A DNA stretch of 64,000 nucleotides from Chloroflexota bacterium. GTDB taxonomy: Bacteria; Chloroflexota; UBA11872. The notes beneath the pieces are model-generated. The model was not told where the DNA came from and searched no databases. It was given only the letters and a program-made list of their open reading frames with translations. The stretch covers positions 495 through 64,494 of the forward strand of contig JAJDZD010000069.1 in the NCBI GenBank assembly GCA_022824865.1, given 5' to 3'. The translations under genes and the position numbers were made by a program. This document shows, one piece after another, positions 8,707 through 17,009 of the stretch (the stretch's first letter is position 1; each line of letters begins with the position of its first letter).

Positions 8707-11175
8707 ATGTCCGCAGATATGACTCCGAGACACGCCCGAGCGGTCATCATTGGCGCGGGAATCGTCGGCTGCAGCGTGGCGTATCACCTGACGAAGCTCG
8801 GCTGGCGCGACGTCGTGGTTGTCGAGCAGGGACCGCTGTTCGAAACCGGCGGATCGACGTCTCATGCCCCGGGGCTGGTGTTTCAGGTAAACCCCTCGAA
8901 GACGATGACAGGGTTTGCGCGCCATAGCGTGGATCTGTGGACCCAGCTGGAACTTGACGGTGTCCCATGCGCCAAGACCGTGGGTAGCCTTGAGGTTGCA
9001 TGGACGCCGGAGCGCTTGGTCGACCTGAAACGCAAGGCCGGATACGGACTGAGTTGGGGCGTGGAGGCACATCTGCTCAGCCCTGCCGAAGCCCGCGACC
9101 TGGTTCCCATGCTTTCGGATCAAATTCTGGGCGCGCTGTCTGTCCCTTCCGACGTCCACACGAGGGCCACGAGGCCGGCCGAGTCAATGGCGAGGGAGGC
9201 TGAACGCAACGGCGCGAGTTTTCACGGCAAGGTGAGAGTTTCGGGACTCGATGTCGCCCGCGGAAGGATTCGCGGAGTCCGGACCACCCACGGTGACATT
9301 CGGACGGACCTGGTGATCGCGGCCGCCGGAATCTGGGCGCCCACCGTGGGCGAGTTGGCCGGGGTGCCGATTCCGCTGTCGCCAATGCAGCACCTCTACG
9401 CGGTTTCCACACCGATCGAAGAACTGGCCGGCGCAACCGAGGAGATCTCCCAGCCCCTGGTGCGCCACCAGGACGCGGCGATGTATTTCCGCCAGGAAGG
9501 CGACTGCTACGGCATCGGATCGTACCGGCACGAGCCGCTGTTGGTGGAGGCTGGTGACCTTCTCGACTATGACGAAGCGCCGATCGCGCCGGCGGAGTTG
9601 CCGTTCATACCCAAGCACTTCGAGAAGGCGCGGGAGGCGGCCGGCGAGCTGATGCCGAGTCTCAGGGGCGTGGATTTGACACGCACGTTGAACGGCATTT
9701 TCTCGTTCACTACGGACGGATTCCCGGTGCTCGGCGAATCGCCGCAGGTTCGCGGGTTCTGGTCGGCGCAGGCCGTCTGGATCACGCACGCCGGCGGCGT
9801 GGGAAAGGCGGTGGCCGAGTGGATTGTGAACGGCGAGCCGACCAGCGATCTGCGCGAGTGCGACATTCGCCGCTTCCACGCGCACGCCCATGACCGCTCT
9901 TACGTTCGGATGCGCGCCGCGCAGCAATACCGCGAGGTCTACGACATCATCCACCCGCGGCAGCAGATCGCCGAGCCTCGGAACCTGCGGTTGTCGCCTT
10001 TCCATTCGCGGCAGTGCGAGCTTGGGGCTGCCTTCTTCGAGAGCGCTGGCTGGGAACGTCCCGAGTGGTACGCGGCGAACGAAGGCCTGCTTGACGAACT
10101 CGCCGTGCGCGGCACTGAGCGGAACGGCTGGGAAGCCCGCGAATGGTCGCCGATCATCGCGGCCGAGCACGTGGCCACGCGCGAACGGGTGGCCATGTTC
10201 GACCTCACACCATTTGCCACGTTCGAGATCACTGGTCCTGGCTCGCTGGCCGCGCTGCAGCGGCTCACGACCAACCAGATGGACAGGCCGGTCGGGACGA
10301 TCGCCTACACCGCCATGCTCACGCCAAACGGTGGAGTCAAGTGCGACCTGACGGTGACGCGACTGGCGGAGCAGCGCTTCATGGTCGTTACGGGTGGCGC
10401 GATGGGGCTTCACGATCTTGGCTGGATCCAGATGCACTTGCCGGATGATGGCTCGGTCACGGTTTCCGATACGTCAGCGGAGCTGTGCTGCATTGGACTC
10501 TGGGGACCGAAGGCGCGCGATCTGCTGAGCCGTGTCTGCACGGACGACCTGACCGACGCCGGGTTTCCATATATGACCGCCAAGCGTATTGCAATTGCCG
10601 ACGTTTCGGCGTCGGCGCTACGCATCTCATACGTGGGCGAGCTTGGCTGGGAAATTTACGCGCCGGTGGAGCAGGGCCTAAGGCTTTGGGATGTCCTGTG
10701 GGAGGCGGGGCAGGCGCTCAGCGTGATCGCTGGCGGCGGCGGCGCATTCGACTCGCTGCGGCTTGAGAAGGGCTACCGGCTTTGGGGTAACGACATCCAC
10801 ACCGAATTCAATCCTTATGAGGCCGGCACGGCGTTTGCCGTGCGGATGCGGAAGGGTGACTTCATCGGCAGGGACGCGCTGAGGGACATTCGAGCGCGGG
10901 GGCCGCAACGCAGGCTCTGCTGCCTGACGCTGGACGATCCAGGCGCTGTCGTGATGGGGAAGGAGCCAATCATGGACAGTCAGCGTGTGCTGGGGTACGT
11001 GACCAGCGCGAACTACGGTCACACGATTGGCCGGGGGGTCGTCTATGGTTACCTGCCCGCGAGCCATGCGAATCCGAGCACAGGCGTGGACGTCGTGTAC
11101 TTCGGCGAGCGAATGCCGGCGACGGTTGCGAAGGAGCCGCTGTACGATCCGCAGGGCAGGAAGATGCGAGCGTGA
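8707..11175 (+). CDS. FAD-dependent dimethylglycine/sarcosine dehydrogenase family protein (DAO domain plus GcvT aminomethyltransferase-like domain)
   Basis: 822 aa. The N-terminus VIIGAGIVGCSVAYHL...ETGGSTSHAPGLV is the dinucleotide-binding motif typical of DMGDH/SarDH. The C-terminal half has a GcvT-like fold. Confidence 0.85.
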   Translation: MSADMTPRHARAVIIGAGIVGCSVAYHLTKLGWRDVVVVEQGPLFETGGSTSHAPGLVFQVNPSKTMTGFARHSVDLWTQLELDGVPCAKTVGSLEVAWTPERLVDLKRKAGYGLSWGVEAHLLSPAEARDLVPMLSDQILGALSVPSDVHTRATRPAESMAREAERNGASFHGKVRVSGLDVARGRIRGVRTTHGDIRTDLVIAAAGIWAPTVGELAGVPIPLSPMQHLYAVSTPIEELAGATEEISQPLVRHQDAAMYFRQEGDCYGIGSYRHEPLLVEAGDLLDYDEAPIAPAELPFIPKHFEKAREAAGELMPSLRGVDLTRTLNGIFSFTTDGFPVLGESPQVRGFWSAQAVWITHAGGVGKAVAEWIVNGEPTSDLRECDIRRFHAHAHDRSYVRMRAAQQYREVYDIIHPRQQIAEPRNLRLSPFHSRQCELGAAFFESAGWERPEWYAANEGLLDELAVRGTERNGWEAREWSPIIAAEHVATRERVAMFDLTPFATFEITGPGSLAALQRLTTNQMDRPVGTIAYTAMLTPNGGVKCDLTVTRLAEQRFMVVTGGAMGLHDLGWIQMHLPDDGSVTVSDTSAELCCIGLWGPKARDLLSRVCTDDLTDAGFPYMTAKRIAIADVSASALRISYVGELGWEIYAPVEQGLRLWDVLWEAGQALSVIAGGGGAFDSLRLEKGYRLWGNDIHTEFNPYEAGTAFAVRMRKGDFIGRDALRDIRARGPQRRLCCLTLDDPGAVVMGKEPIMDSQRVLGYVTSANYGHTIGRGVVYGYLPASHANPSTGVDVVYFGERMPATVAKEPLYDPQGRKMRA

Positions 11176-11325
11176 ATCGAGAGCGTGGAACTCTCAGGTT
11201 GGTGTGCGGATGAAGATTCCCCAAACTTTCGAGCATGAGTCAACGACGAGGACTCCAACTCAGGGCGTAGGCATAACGCGTCAATGTGAAGGCACCAGGA
11301 TTTCCAAACCACTGGAGGTCGTCCG

Positions 11326-12567
11326 ATGGCTCAGCGTCTAGTAATCGACGGTCTCAAACGGCGTGAGTTGCCAATCAATCTGCGGCAGAGCGGCAACAGC
11401 GACGCCCGCATTCTCATCTCGACCCGAATCAGAAAGTCACCGTGGTGGCACTTGTCGAAGGCGGCTGGTTGCTGGGCCTATACGACCTATAACCACATGT
11501 ATCACCCGCGGGCCTACATCAAGCCCGAGGATGGCGGGTTGCTGGAGGAGTACAAGTACCTGACCGAGCACGTGAGCATGTGGGACGTGGCAGTTGAACG
11601 ACAGATCAGGATCAAAGGCCCCAACGCCGCGGACTTTGTGGACCTGCTGATCACGCGGGACGTCCACTCTCGTGTACCCGTTATGCAGGCCCGCTACGTG
11701 ATTCTCTGTAACCAGTATGGGGGCGTGATCAACGATCCGGTGCTACTGCGCGTGGCTGAGGACGAGTTCTGGTTCAGTATTTCCGATTCCGACGTGCTGC
11801 TCTGGGCGCAGGGAGTCAATTCCCATGCCAGCTTCAACGTCGACATCCGCGAGATCGATGTGTCGCCAGTCCAGATCCAGGGTCCCAAGTCGGTGTTGCT
11901 GATGGAGAGAATGTTTGGCGCGCACATCAGGAACATTCCGTACTACGGCCTGATCCACGACACGCTGAACGGACACACCGTGACGATTTCTCGCACGGGA
12001 TTCTCAGCTGAAGTCGGTTTCGAGATCTACCTGCACGGCGCGATGCGGCATGCGGATGACGTCTGGCCGTACATCCTGGAGCAGGGACAGGAGTTCAATC
12101 TCCGCGTGATCGCTCCCAGTCACATTCGGCGAATCGAGGCCGGGATCCTGTCATACGGCCAGGACCTGGACATCGAGAACAACCCGTTCGAAGTTCGGTT
12201 GGGATGGCAGGTGGATCTGGCCAAGGGCGACTTCATCGGCAAGGAGGCCCTGACCCGAATCAAGGCCGAAGGCGTTACCCAGCGACTGGTTGGTCTGAAG
12301 GTCGGCGGTGAGCCGCTGACCTGGTACAACGAAGATTTCTACCTCGTCAATGATGAGGAGTCCGGCGAGACCGTGGGCTACGTGACCAGCGCCTTCTGGT
12401 CGCCCAACCACCAGTCGAACATCGCGCTGGCGGTGATGCCGCGGTCCCATTGGAGTCGCGGAACGCGCGTCAACGTCCAACTGCCGGACGACGGTCTTGT
12501 CGACGGCGAAGTGGTCCGGGTGCCGTTTGTCGACCCCACCAAGGAGCGGCCCAAGACCGCGCTGTGA
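11326..12567 (+). CDS. GcvT-family aminomethyltransferase-like protein (stand-alone; possible tetrahydrofolate-dependent demethylase)
   Basis: 413 aa. GcvT-like blocks are FSISDSD, GFSAEVGFEIY, KGDFIGKEAL and the C-terminal barrel. G+C is visibly lower than neighbours, about 57-60 % by eye. Confidence 0.7.
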   Translation: MAQRLVIDGLKRRELPINLRQSGNSDARILISTRIRKSPWWHLSKAAGCWAYTTYNHMYHPRAYIKPEDGGLLEEYKYLTEHVSMWDVAVERQIRIKGPNAADFVDLLITRDVHSRVPVMQARYVILCNQYGGVINDPVLLRVAEDEFWFSISDSDVLLWAQGVNSHASFNVDIREIDVSPVQIQGPKSVLLMERMFGAHIRNIPYYGLIHDTLNGHTVTISRTGFSAEVGFEIYLHGAMRHADDVWPYILEQGQEFNLRVIAPSHIRRIEAGILSYGQDLDIENNPFEVRLGWQVDLAKGDFIGKEALTRIKAEGVTQRLVGLKVGGEPLTWYNEDFYLVNDEESGETVGYVTSAFWSPNHQSNIALAVMPRSHWSRGTRVNVQLPDDGLVDGEVVRVPFVDPTKERPKTAL

Positions 12568-12602
12568 CGACGAACGCGGTATTGGCCGGAGACCAGGAGC
12601 GG

Positions 12603-12676
12603 TGGGCGCGATAGGACTCGAACCTATGACCTCGCGGATGTGAACCGCGCGCTCTAACCAGCTGAGCTACGCGCCC
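12603..12676 (-). tRNA. tRNA-Val (anticodon CAC)
   Basis: Reverse complement GGGCGCGTAGCTCAGCTGGTTAGAGCGCGCGGTTCACATCCGCGAGGTCATAGGTTCGAGTCCTATCGCGCCCA folds as a cloverleaf. Anticodon loop is TTCACAT. 74 nt. No encoded CCA. Confidence 0.9.
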
Positions 12677-12713
12677 GACGGCGTGCATCGTAGCAACGCC
12701 GGCGGTTTGCCGG

Positions 12714-13997
12714 TCAGAGTTGCAGCAGCGCCTCGGAGTCCAGGGCCAGCACGTCCACGCGCTCGCCCGGCTCGATGGTCTGGTCCTCGAGCAGCACGGC
12801 CAAGCCGTTGCCGTCGACCAGGGACGACATGCGGTACGAACTCTGATCGCCGGCGGAGGTGCAGAGGAGTTGGCCGTTCTCTCGGCGTAGCTGCGCGCGC
12901 AGGAACGTGCGCTTGCCCTGGGCGCTGCGTAGGCGCTCACCGGCTACCGCCCGGACCCGCGGGTGGGTGAGGTCGCGGTGACCCATCAGGCGCAGCAGGG
13001 CGGGCCGCACGAACAGGGCGAAGCAGACGATGCTGGAAACGGGGTTGCCGGGAAGGCCAATGACGGGCGTGTCGTGCACGAAGCCGAACGCCAGCGGCTT
13101 GCCGGGGCGCATGTTGATCTGCCAGAAGTCCATGCGGCCCTCTGAGCCAAGGACGTTTGTGACGAGGTCGAAGTCGCCCATCGAGACGCCACCGATGGTG
13201 ACGATAACGTCGGACTCCGCACCGGTCGTCAGGGCGGCTTGCAGTGCTTCGACGGTGTCGCCGGTTATGGGCAATCGGTTCGGCTCTGCGCCGAGCGTGC
13301 GGGTGGCCGCTTCGAGGGCCCAGGCGTTGCTATTGCGGACTTGGCCAGCTCGGATGCTGGCGTCGATTTCGACTATTTCGTCGCCCGTGGGGATGATGGC
13401 CGCGCTGGCGCGGGGATGGGCGCGGACCGTGGTTACGCCAACAGAGCCCAACACGCCGATTTCGGCGGGCCCGAGGCGCCGACCGGCCTCGACGACGACC
13501 GAACCGGCCGAGATGTCGCCGCCCGCTGGGCGGACGTTTTCGCCGGGCGCCGCGGTTTCCAGCACGGCTACCACGCGGCGGTCGCCATAAGTGCTGCGCG
13601 GGTCGGTTCCCAGGTACCCCCAGTCGGTGCGGTCGGTGTCTTCGAACGGCACCACGGTGTCAGCGCCGGCGGGAACCGGTGCGCCGGTCATGATCCGCGC
13701 CGCCTCGCCTGGATGCAGGGTAAGGGGGCTCACGCGTCCGGCAGGTATTTCGTCCACGACTCGCAGTTGCGCTGGTGTGTCCGCCGAGGCCAGTGCAAGG
13801 TCCGCGGCCCGGACTGCGTAGCCGTCGTAGGCCGAATTGTCGAAGCCCGGGACGTTGTCCCGTGCCAGCACGTCCTCGGCGGCGATCAATCCCAGGGCCT
13901 CGGCCAACGGGGTGTGGCGCGCTGGCAGAGGGGTGAAGCCTCGTAGGATGCGCTCCAGCGCGTCGTCTACTGAGAGAAACGTCTGAACGTCAGTCAT
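12714..13997 (-). CDS. moeA: molybdopterin molybdenumtransferase MoeA
   Basis: 427 aa. GGVSMGDFD and IGLPGNPVSS motifs and the MoeA domain order. Confidence 0.85.
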   Translation of the reverse strand: MTDVQTFLSVDDALERILRGFTPLPARHTPLAEALGLIAAEDVLARDNVPGFDNSAYDGYAVRAADLALASADTPAQLRVVDEIPAGRVSPLTLHPGEAARIMTGAPVPAGADTVVPFEDTDRTDWGYLGTDPRSTYGDRRVVAVLETAAPGENVRPAGGDISAGSVVVEAGRRLGPAEIGVLGSVGVTTVRAHPRASAAIIPTGDEIVEIDASIRAGQVRNSNAWALEAATRTLGAEPNRLPITGDTVEALQAALTTGAESDVIVTIGGVSMGDFDLVTNVLGSEGRMDFWQINMRPGKPLAFGFVHDTPVIGLPGNPVSSIVCFALFVRPALLRLMGHRDLTHPRVRAVAGERLRSAQGKRTFLRAQLRRENGQLLCTSAGDQSSYRMSSLVDGNGLAVLLEDQTIEPGERVDVLALDSEALLQL

Positions 13998-14141
13998 GCG
14001 GGCGGCCCGGCTCGGGGATCGGGCAAGTCTAGCCGCGGAGCCGAGGGGGCTGGTCTCGCCTGGTTCGGCGAAGGGGCGCCGGATAGGACTTTGCTATTCT
14101 CGCGATATCTCCTTGCAGTCGGTTACCCACGGGCGCAACAG

Positions 14142-14252
14142 ATGATCAAGAAGCTCGGCGTGCTTGCGGTCGTCCTTGGGGTTCTGGCAGTCCTGTTTCG
14201 GAAAGCCAAGAGCCTGATGGGCGTCGAAGACGAGTCGGAAGCGGGCGCTTAG
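14142..14252 (+). CDS. possible 36 aa hydrophobic micropeptide (MIKKLGVLAVVLGVLAVLFRKAKSLMGVEDESEAGA)
   Basis: Single TM-like helix. No convincing RBS. Sits just upstream of tRNA-Asn. Confidence 0.15.
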   Translation: MIKKLGVLAVVLGVLAVLFRKAKSLMGVEDESEAGA

Positions 14253-14315
14253 CCTAAGCGCGGCGACTTGCGGCGAAGATCGCTTTCGCGGCAAGTCCTC
14301 GATTCAGAAGGCCAT

Positions 14316-14390
14316 TCCTCGGTAGCTCAATGGTAGAGCGTGCGGCTGTTAACCGCAGGGTTGCAGGTTCGAGTCCTGCCCGAGGAGCCA
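14316..14390 (+). tRNA. tRNA-Asn (anticodon GTT)
   Basis: TCCTCGGTAGCTCAATGGTAGAGCGTGCGGCTGTTAACCGCAGGGTTGCAGGTTCGAGTCCTGCCCGAGGAGCCA. Cloverleaf with loop CTGTTAA and an encoded CCA. Confidence 0.9.
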
Positions 14391-14460
14391 TTGCGCGCAT
14401 CGGCGCGAGCTGCTGATTGCTGCATCAAGCCCCGAAATTGCAAAGGTGTGGTGATCGCCT

Positions 14461-14510
14461 GAGTTTGTAGTAATGTCAAATGACTCAATCGACTTTACTT
14501 GAAGTCAGGC
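14461..14510. promoter_or_regulatory. candidate promoter/operator of the toxin-antitoxin module (AT-richer stretch with inverted repeats GTCAAATGAC and TGACT-N18-AGTCA)
   Basis: Lower-GC 50 bp directly upstream of the antitoxin RBS (GGAG at 14518). Palindromic elements are typical of autoregulated TA operators. Inference only. Confidence 0.3.
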
Positions 14511-14528
14511 TGCGAGATTGGAGTTGAG

Positions 14529-14750
14529 ATGGCCCAGATCACGGCACGCGTGCCCGATGCCCTGGTTGGGGCGCTGGATGAGGCCGCGGCGCAACTGAAA
14601 CGAAGCCGCGCCGATGTCGTCCGGCAGGCGCTGGAACGCTATCTGGAGGACTTTGATGATCTCACCGTAGCCATCGAACGGTTGCGGGATCCCTCCGATC
14701 CAGTGCTGGACTGGGACCAGGTCAGGCGTGAGCTACTCGCTTCGGATTAA
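14529..14750 (+). CDS. type II antitoxin, RelB/ParD (ribbon-helix-helix) family
   Basis: MAQITARVPDALVGALDEAAAQL...YLEDFDDLTVAIERLRDPSDPVLDWDQV is the classic RelB/ParD antitoxin pattern. GGAG RBS. Overlaps the downstream toxin by 23 nt. Confidence 0.75.
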   Translation: MAQITARVPDALVGALDEAAAQLKRSRADVVRQALERYLEDFDDLTVAIERLRDPSDPVLDWDQVRRELLASD

Positions 14751-14988
14751 GCGGAGTGCATCGAGGGAACTGGCACGGGCTCCGCGTTCGGATCGCCGTC
14801 GCATTGTTCGGGTGATCGATGGCCTGGCAGAACATCCGCTGGCTGGCAGCGCGCTGAAAGGTGAGCTGCGCGGCCTGCGGCGGATCCGAGTTGGCGACTA
14901 TCGCATCGTATATGAAGTCCTTGCCGATAGGCTTGTGATCCTGGCGGTGCGAGTGGCCCATAGGCGGGAGGCTTATCGTCGCCCATGA
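14728..14988 (+). CDS. type II toxin, RelE/ParE family
   Basis: GELRGLRRIRVGDYRIVYEVLADRLVILAVRVAHRREAY is the conserved RelE/ParE C-terminal block. GTG start overlaps the antitoxin. Confidence 0.75.
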   Translation: MSYSLRIKRSASRELARAPRSDRRRIVRVIDGLAEHPLAGSALKGELRGLRRIRVGDYRIVYEVLADRLVILAVRVAHRREAYRRP

Positions 14989-15025
14989 GGCGGACCGGAG
15001 ATGTCCAACGCGGCGGAAATCCACC

Positions 15026-15781
15026 TTGCACGCGGTAGAGGACGAGCGCCTTCTGGATTCGGCCTTGGAAGTCTTTGCGCGCGGGATTTGCGTCCCGCGG
15101 AGCTTCACGCAGCCGTATCTGGCCGAGCGGGTCGACGGGCTCTGGGTGACGCGTGACGCGCCGCGCCGGAGCGGGCGATATCGGAGGGAAGAGTGGTTCG
15201 CGCATGGAATCACGCCGGAGCGGACCGTGCGGATCGTCAAGCAGCACACGCGAGGTCAGTACGCAATCTGCGCGATCTGCGCGGCTGGGGAGTCGGACGG
15301 GCCAATTCGGACTGGCTACCGGGCACTGGACTACCGTCTGGGGTTTACCGAGCCGGTCATGGTCCACCACTTGCGGCGGATTCCACGGATTGCGCCACCG
15401 ACCAGGATCGTGCGCGTGCTCGACGCCGAGCTGGCGGACCAGGTGAACAAGGCGGTCCGTCGCCGACAGATTCTTCCAGAACACCTCACGCCGGACGCAA
15501 CGTTGCGCATGTACGCAGCCCTGGTCAATGGGGATCCGGTGGGATGGGTGAGCAGCGCTGCAGTCAACGGGGCGACCTGGTGCGCCAACCTGTACGTGAA
15601 GCCAGAATTCAGACGCTGCGGTATCGGTCGATCACTAATGTGCCGGATGCTGCGCGATGACCGGCGATACGGCTCGCAGCTGGCCGTGCTTGCCGCGAGC
15701 CACACGGGGGCACTGTTGTATCCGCTGGTGGGCTACAAGCAGATTGGCACCTTGTACTCGTACACGCCGCGCCGACGCTGA
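15026..15781 (+). CDS. GNAT family N-acetyltransferase (C-terminal GNAT fold with an N-terminal extension of unknown function)
   Basis: The C-terminal VKPEFRRCGIGRSLMCRML is the GNAT motif A (R/Q-x-x-G-x-G/A). TTG start in the track. Start uncertain. Confidence 0.55.
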   Translation: MHAVEDERLLDSALEVFARGICVPRSFTQPYLAERVDGLWVTRDAPRRSGRYRREEWFAHGITPERTVRIVKQHTRGQYAICAICAAGESDGPIRTGYRALDYRLGFTEPVMVHHLRRIPRIAPPTRIVRVLDAELADQVNKAVRRRQILPEHLTPDATLRMYAALVNGDPVGWVSSAAVNGATWCANLYVKPEFRRCGIGRSLMCRMLRDDRRYGSQLAVLAASHTGALLYPLVGYKQIGTLYSYTPRRR

Positions 15782-15788
15782 GCGTTGC

Positions 15789-16379
15789 TCAGGAAGCGTT
15801 CGTAGTGCCTGGCAGTTCCAGGCGCATGATGTAGCGGCGCTTGCCAAGCTGACCGATGTCGCGAAACCCGGCGGCGGCGAACATCGGTCGACGGCCGCCG
15901 TACCCATAGCTGGGGGATTCCGGGTCAACCGGGTAGGCCTCCACTGCCACCGCGCCCTGGCAACGTGCGTGGTCGATGGCTGCGTCCAGCAGGCGCGAGG
16001 CGAGCCCCCGGCCGCGGAGCCGGCGCGGAACATAGAAGCAGGTCAGGGACCAGCTGGAAGCGTCGGTGGCGACTGCAGCGCCGTTGACACTCGAGGTGTT
16101 GAGGCGCGGGAAGGTCGGACGAGGGGCGATGGAACACCACCCGATCGGTCCGTCGACGTCGTACGCCAGCAAGCCGACCGGCTCCCCCTGGCAGATGCGC
16201 CGGGCCATACCGGCCTTCAGGGTGGCGCGGTCACGCTGGCGCATTTCGTCACCAGTCGCACGGTAGGGAAGACACCAGCAATAGTGCGGCGCGCCGCGTG
16301 ATGAGAAGAGGCGCTCAAGGTCGGGCCAGGTTGACGCATCGACGGCTCGAAAGGTGAGGCCCGCGGGCAAGTCGGCCAT
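15789..16379 (-). CDS. GNAT family N-acetyltransferase
   Basis: VPRRLRGRGLASRLLDAAIDHAR is motif A. I chose the start at MADLPAGL (ATG 16379). The track ORF extends to 16448. Confidence 0.7.
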   Translation of the reverse strand: MADLPAGLTFRAVDASTWPDLERLFSSRGAPHYCWCLPYRATGDEMRQRDRATLKAGMARRICQGEPVGLLAYDVDGPIGWCSIAPRPTFPRLNTSSVNGAAVATDASSWSLTCFYVPRRLRGRGLASRLLDAAIDHARCQGAVAVEAYPVDPESPSYGYGGRRPMFAAAGFRDIGQLGKRRYIMRLELPGTTNAS

Positions 16380-16501
16380 GCTCGTTTCCGGCGTAGCCCA
16401 GGGGTCGCAGTCCGCCTCAAAACGGTGGGTATGCGTGCGACGCCCCACGGCTCAACAGCCTCAGGCTACCGGGAGCCCCTGTGCTAGCTTACGAGCGAGG
16501 A

Positions 16502-16577
16502 AGGAGTGTAGCTCAGCTGGAAGAGCAACGGTCTCCAAAACCGTAGGTCGGGGGTTCGAGTCCCTCCACTCCTGCCA
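16502..16577 (+). tRNA. tRNA-Trp (anticodon CCA)
   Basis: AGGAGTGTAGCTCAGCTGGAAGAGCAACGGTCTCCAAAACCGTAGGTCGGGGGTTCGAGTCCCTCCACTCCTGCCA. Loop CTCCAAA. Encoded CCA. Confidence 0.9.
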
Positions 16578-16579
16578 AG

Positions 16580-16667
16580 GCCGAAGTGGCGGAACTGGTA
16601 GACGCGCTGGTCTCAAAAACCAGTGAGGTTCATCCCTCGTGTCGGTTCGATCCCGACCTTCGGCACC
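16580..16667 (+). tRNA. tRNA-Leu (anticodon CAA), class II with long variable arm
   Basis: GCCGAAGTGGCGGAACTGGTAGACGCGCTGGTCTCAAAAACCAG...TCGGTTCGATCCCGACCTTCGGCACC. Starts 2 nt after tRNA-Trp. Anticodon loop CTCAAAA. Confidence 0.85.
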
Positions 16668-16694
16668 TGATGCTCAGAAGCCCAAGCTCCGGCG

Positions 16695-16922
16695 TTAGTC
16701 CGACTCGATCTCCGGGATATCCAGGTCCATGCCCGGATAGATCGTGCTCGGGTCGGCTCCGTCGAACCGCCACTTGTTCTTGTTGAAGATGATTTCCCAC
16801 TTGTCCTGGTCGCCGTACTCGCGTTCGGCGATCGTTCGAAGCGTTTCGCGGGGCATCACCTTGATCGTGTGGCGGACGGCCGTCACTTTCTTCTCGCGCT
16901 TCAGAAAATCTAAGAGCCCCAT
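16695..16922 (-). CDS. small LysM (peptidoglycan-binding) domain protein
   Basis: 75 aa. TLRTIAEREYGDQDKWEIIFNKNK...IYPGMDLDIP fits the LysM consensus (TL..IA..YG...I...N.....IYPGQ.L.IP). Lower-GC gene. Confidence 0.55.
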   Translation of the reverse strand: MGLLDFLKREKKVTAVRHTIKVMPRETLRTIAEREYGDQDKWEIIFNKNKWRFDGADPSTIYPGMDLDIPEIESD

Positions 16923-17009
16923 GCCTGCCCCCAGCGGCTGGCGCCTTTCGGCACTCTACGCGGGGCTGAGTATAAGACTGGGCTGCTTCGGTCTCAAAAG
17001 GCTGGCTCG

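Noticed and set aside
9184-10437. 417 aa minus-strand ORF inside the DMGDH-like gene
   Set aside because: Shadow ORF. The opposite strand has clear FAD and GcvT motifs.
11326-12567. Calling the stand-alone GcvT-family gene DmdA (DMSP demethylase) or glycine-cleavage T protein
   Set aside because: I cannot verify DmdA-specific residues without an alignment. No gcvH/gcvP are present for a glycine cleavage role. Kept at family level.
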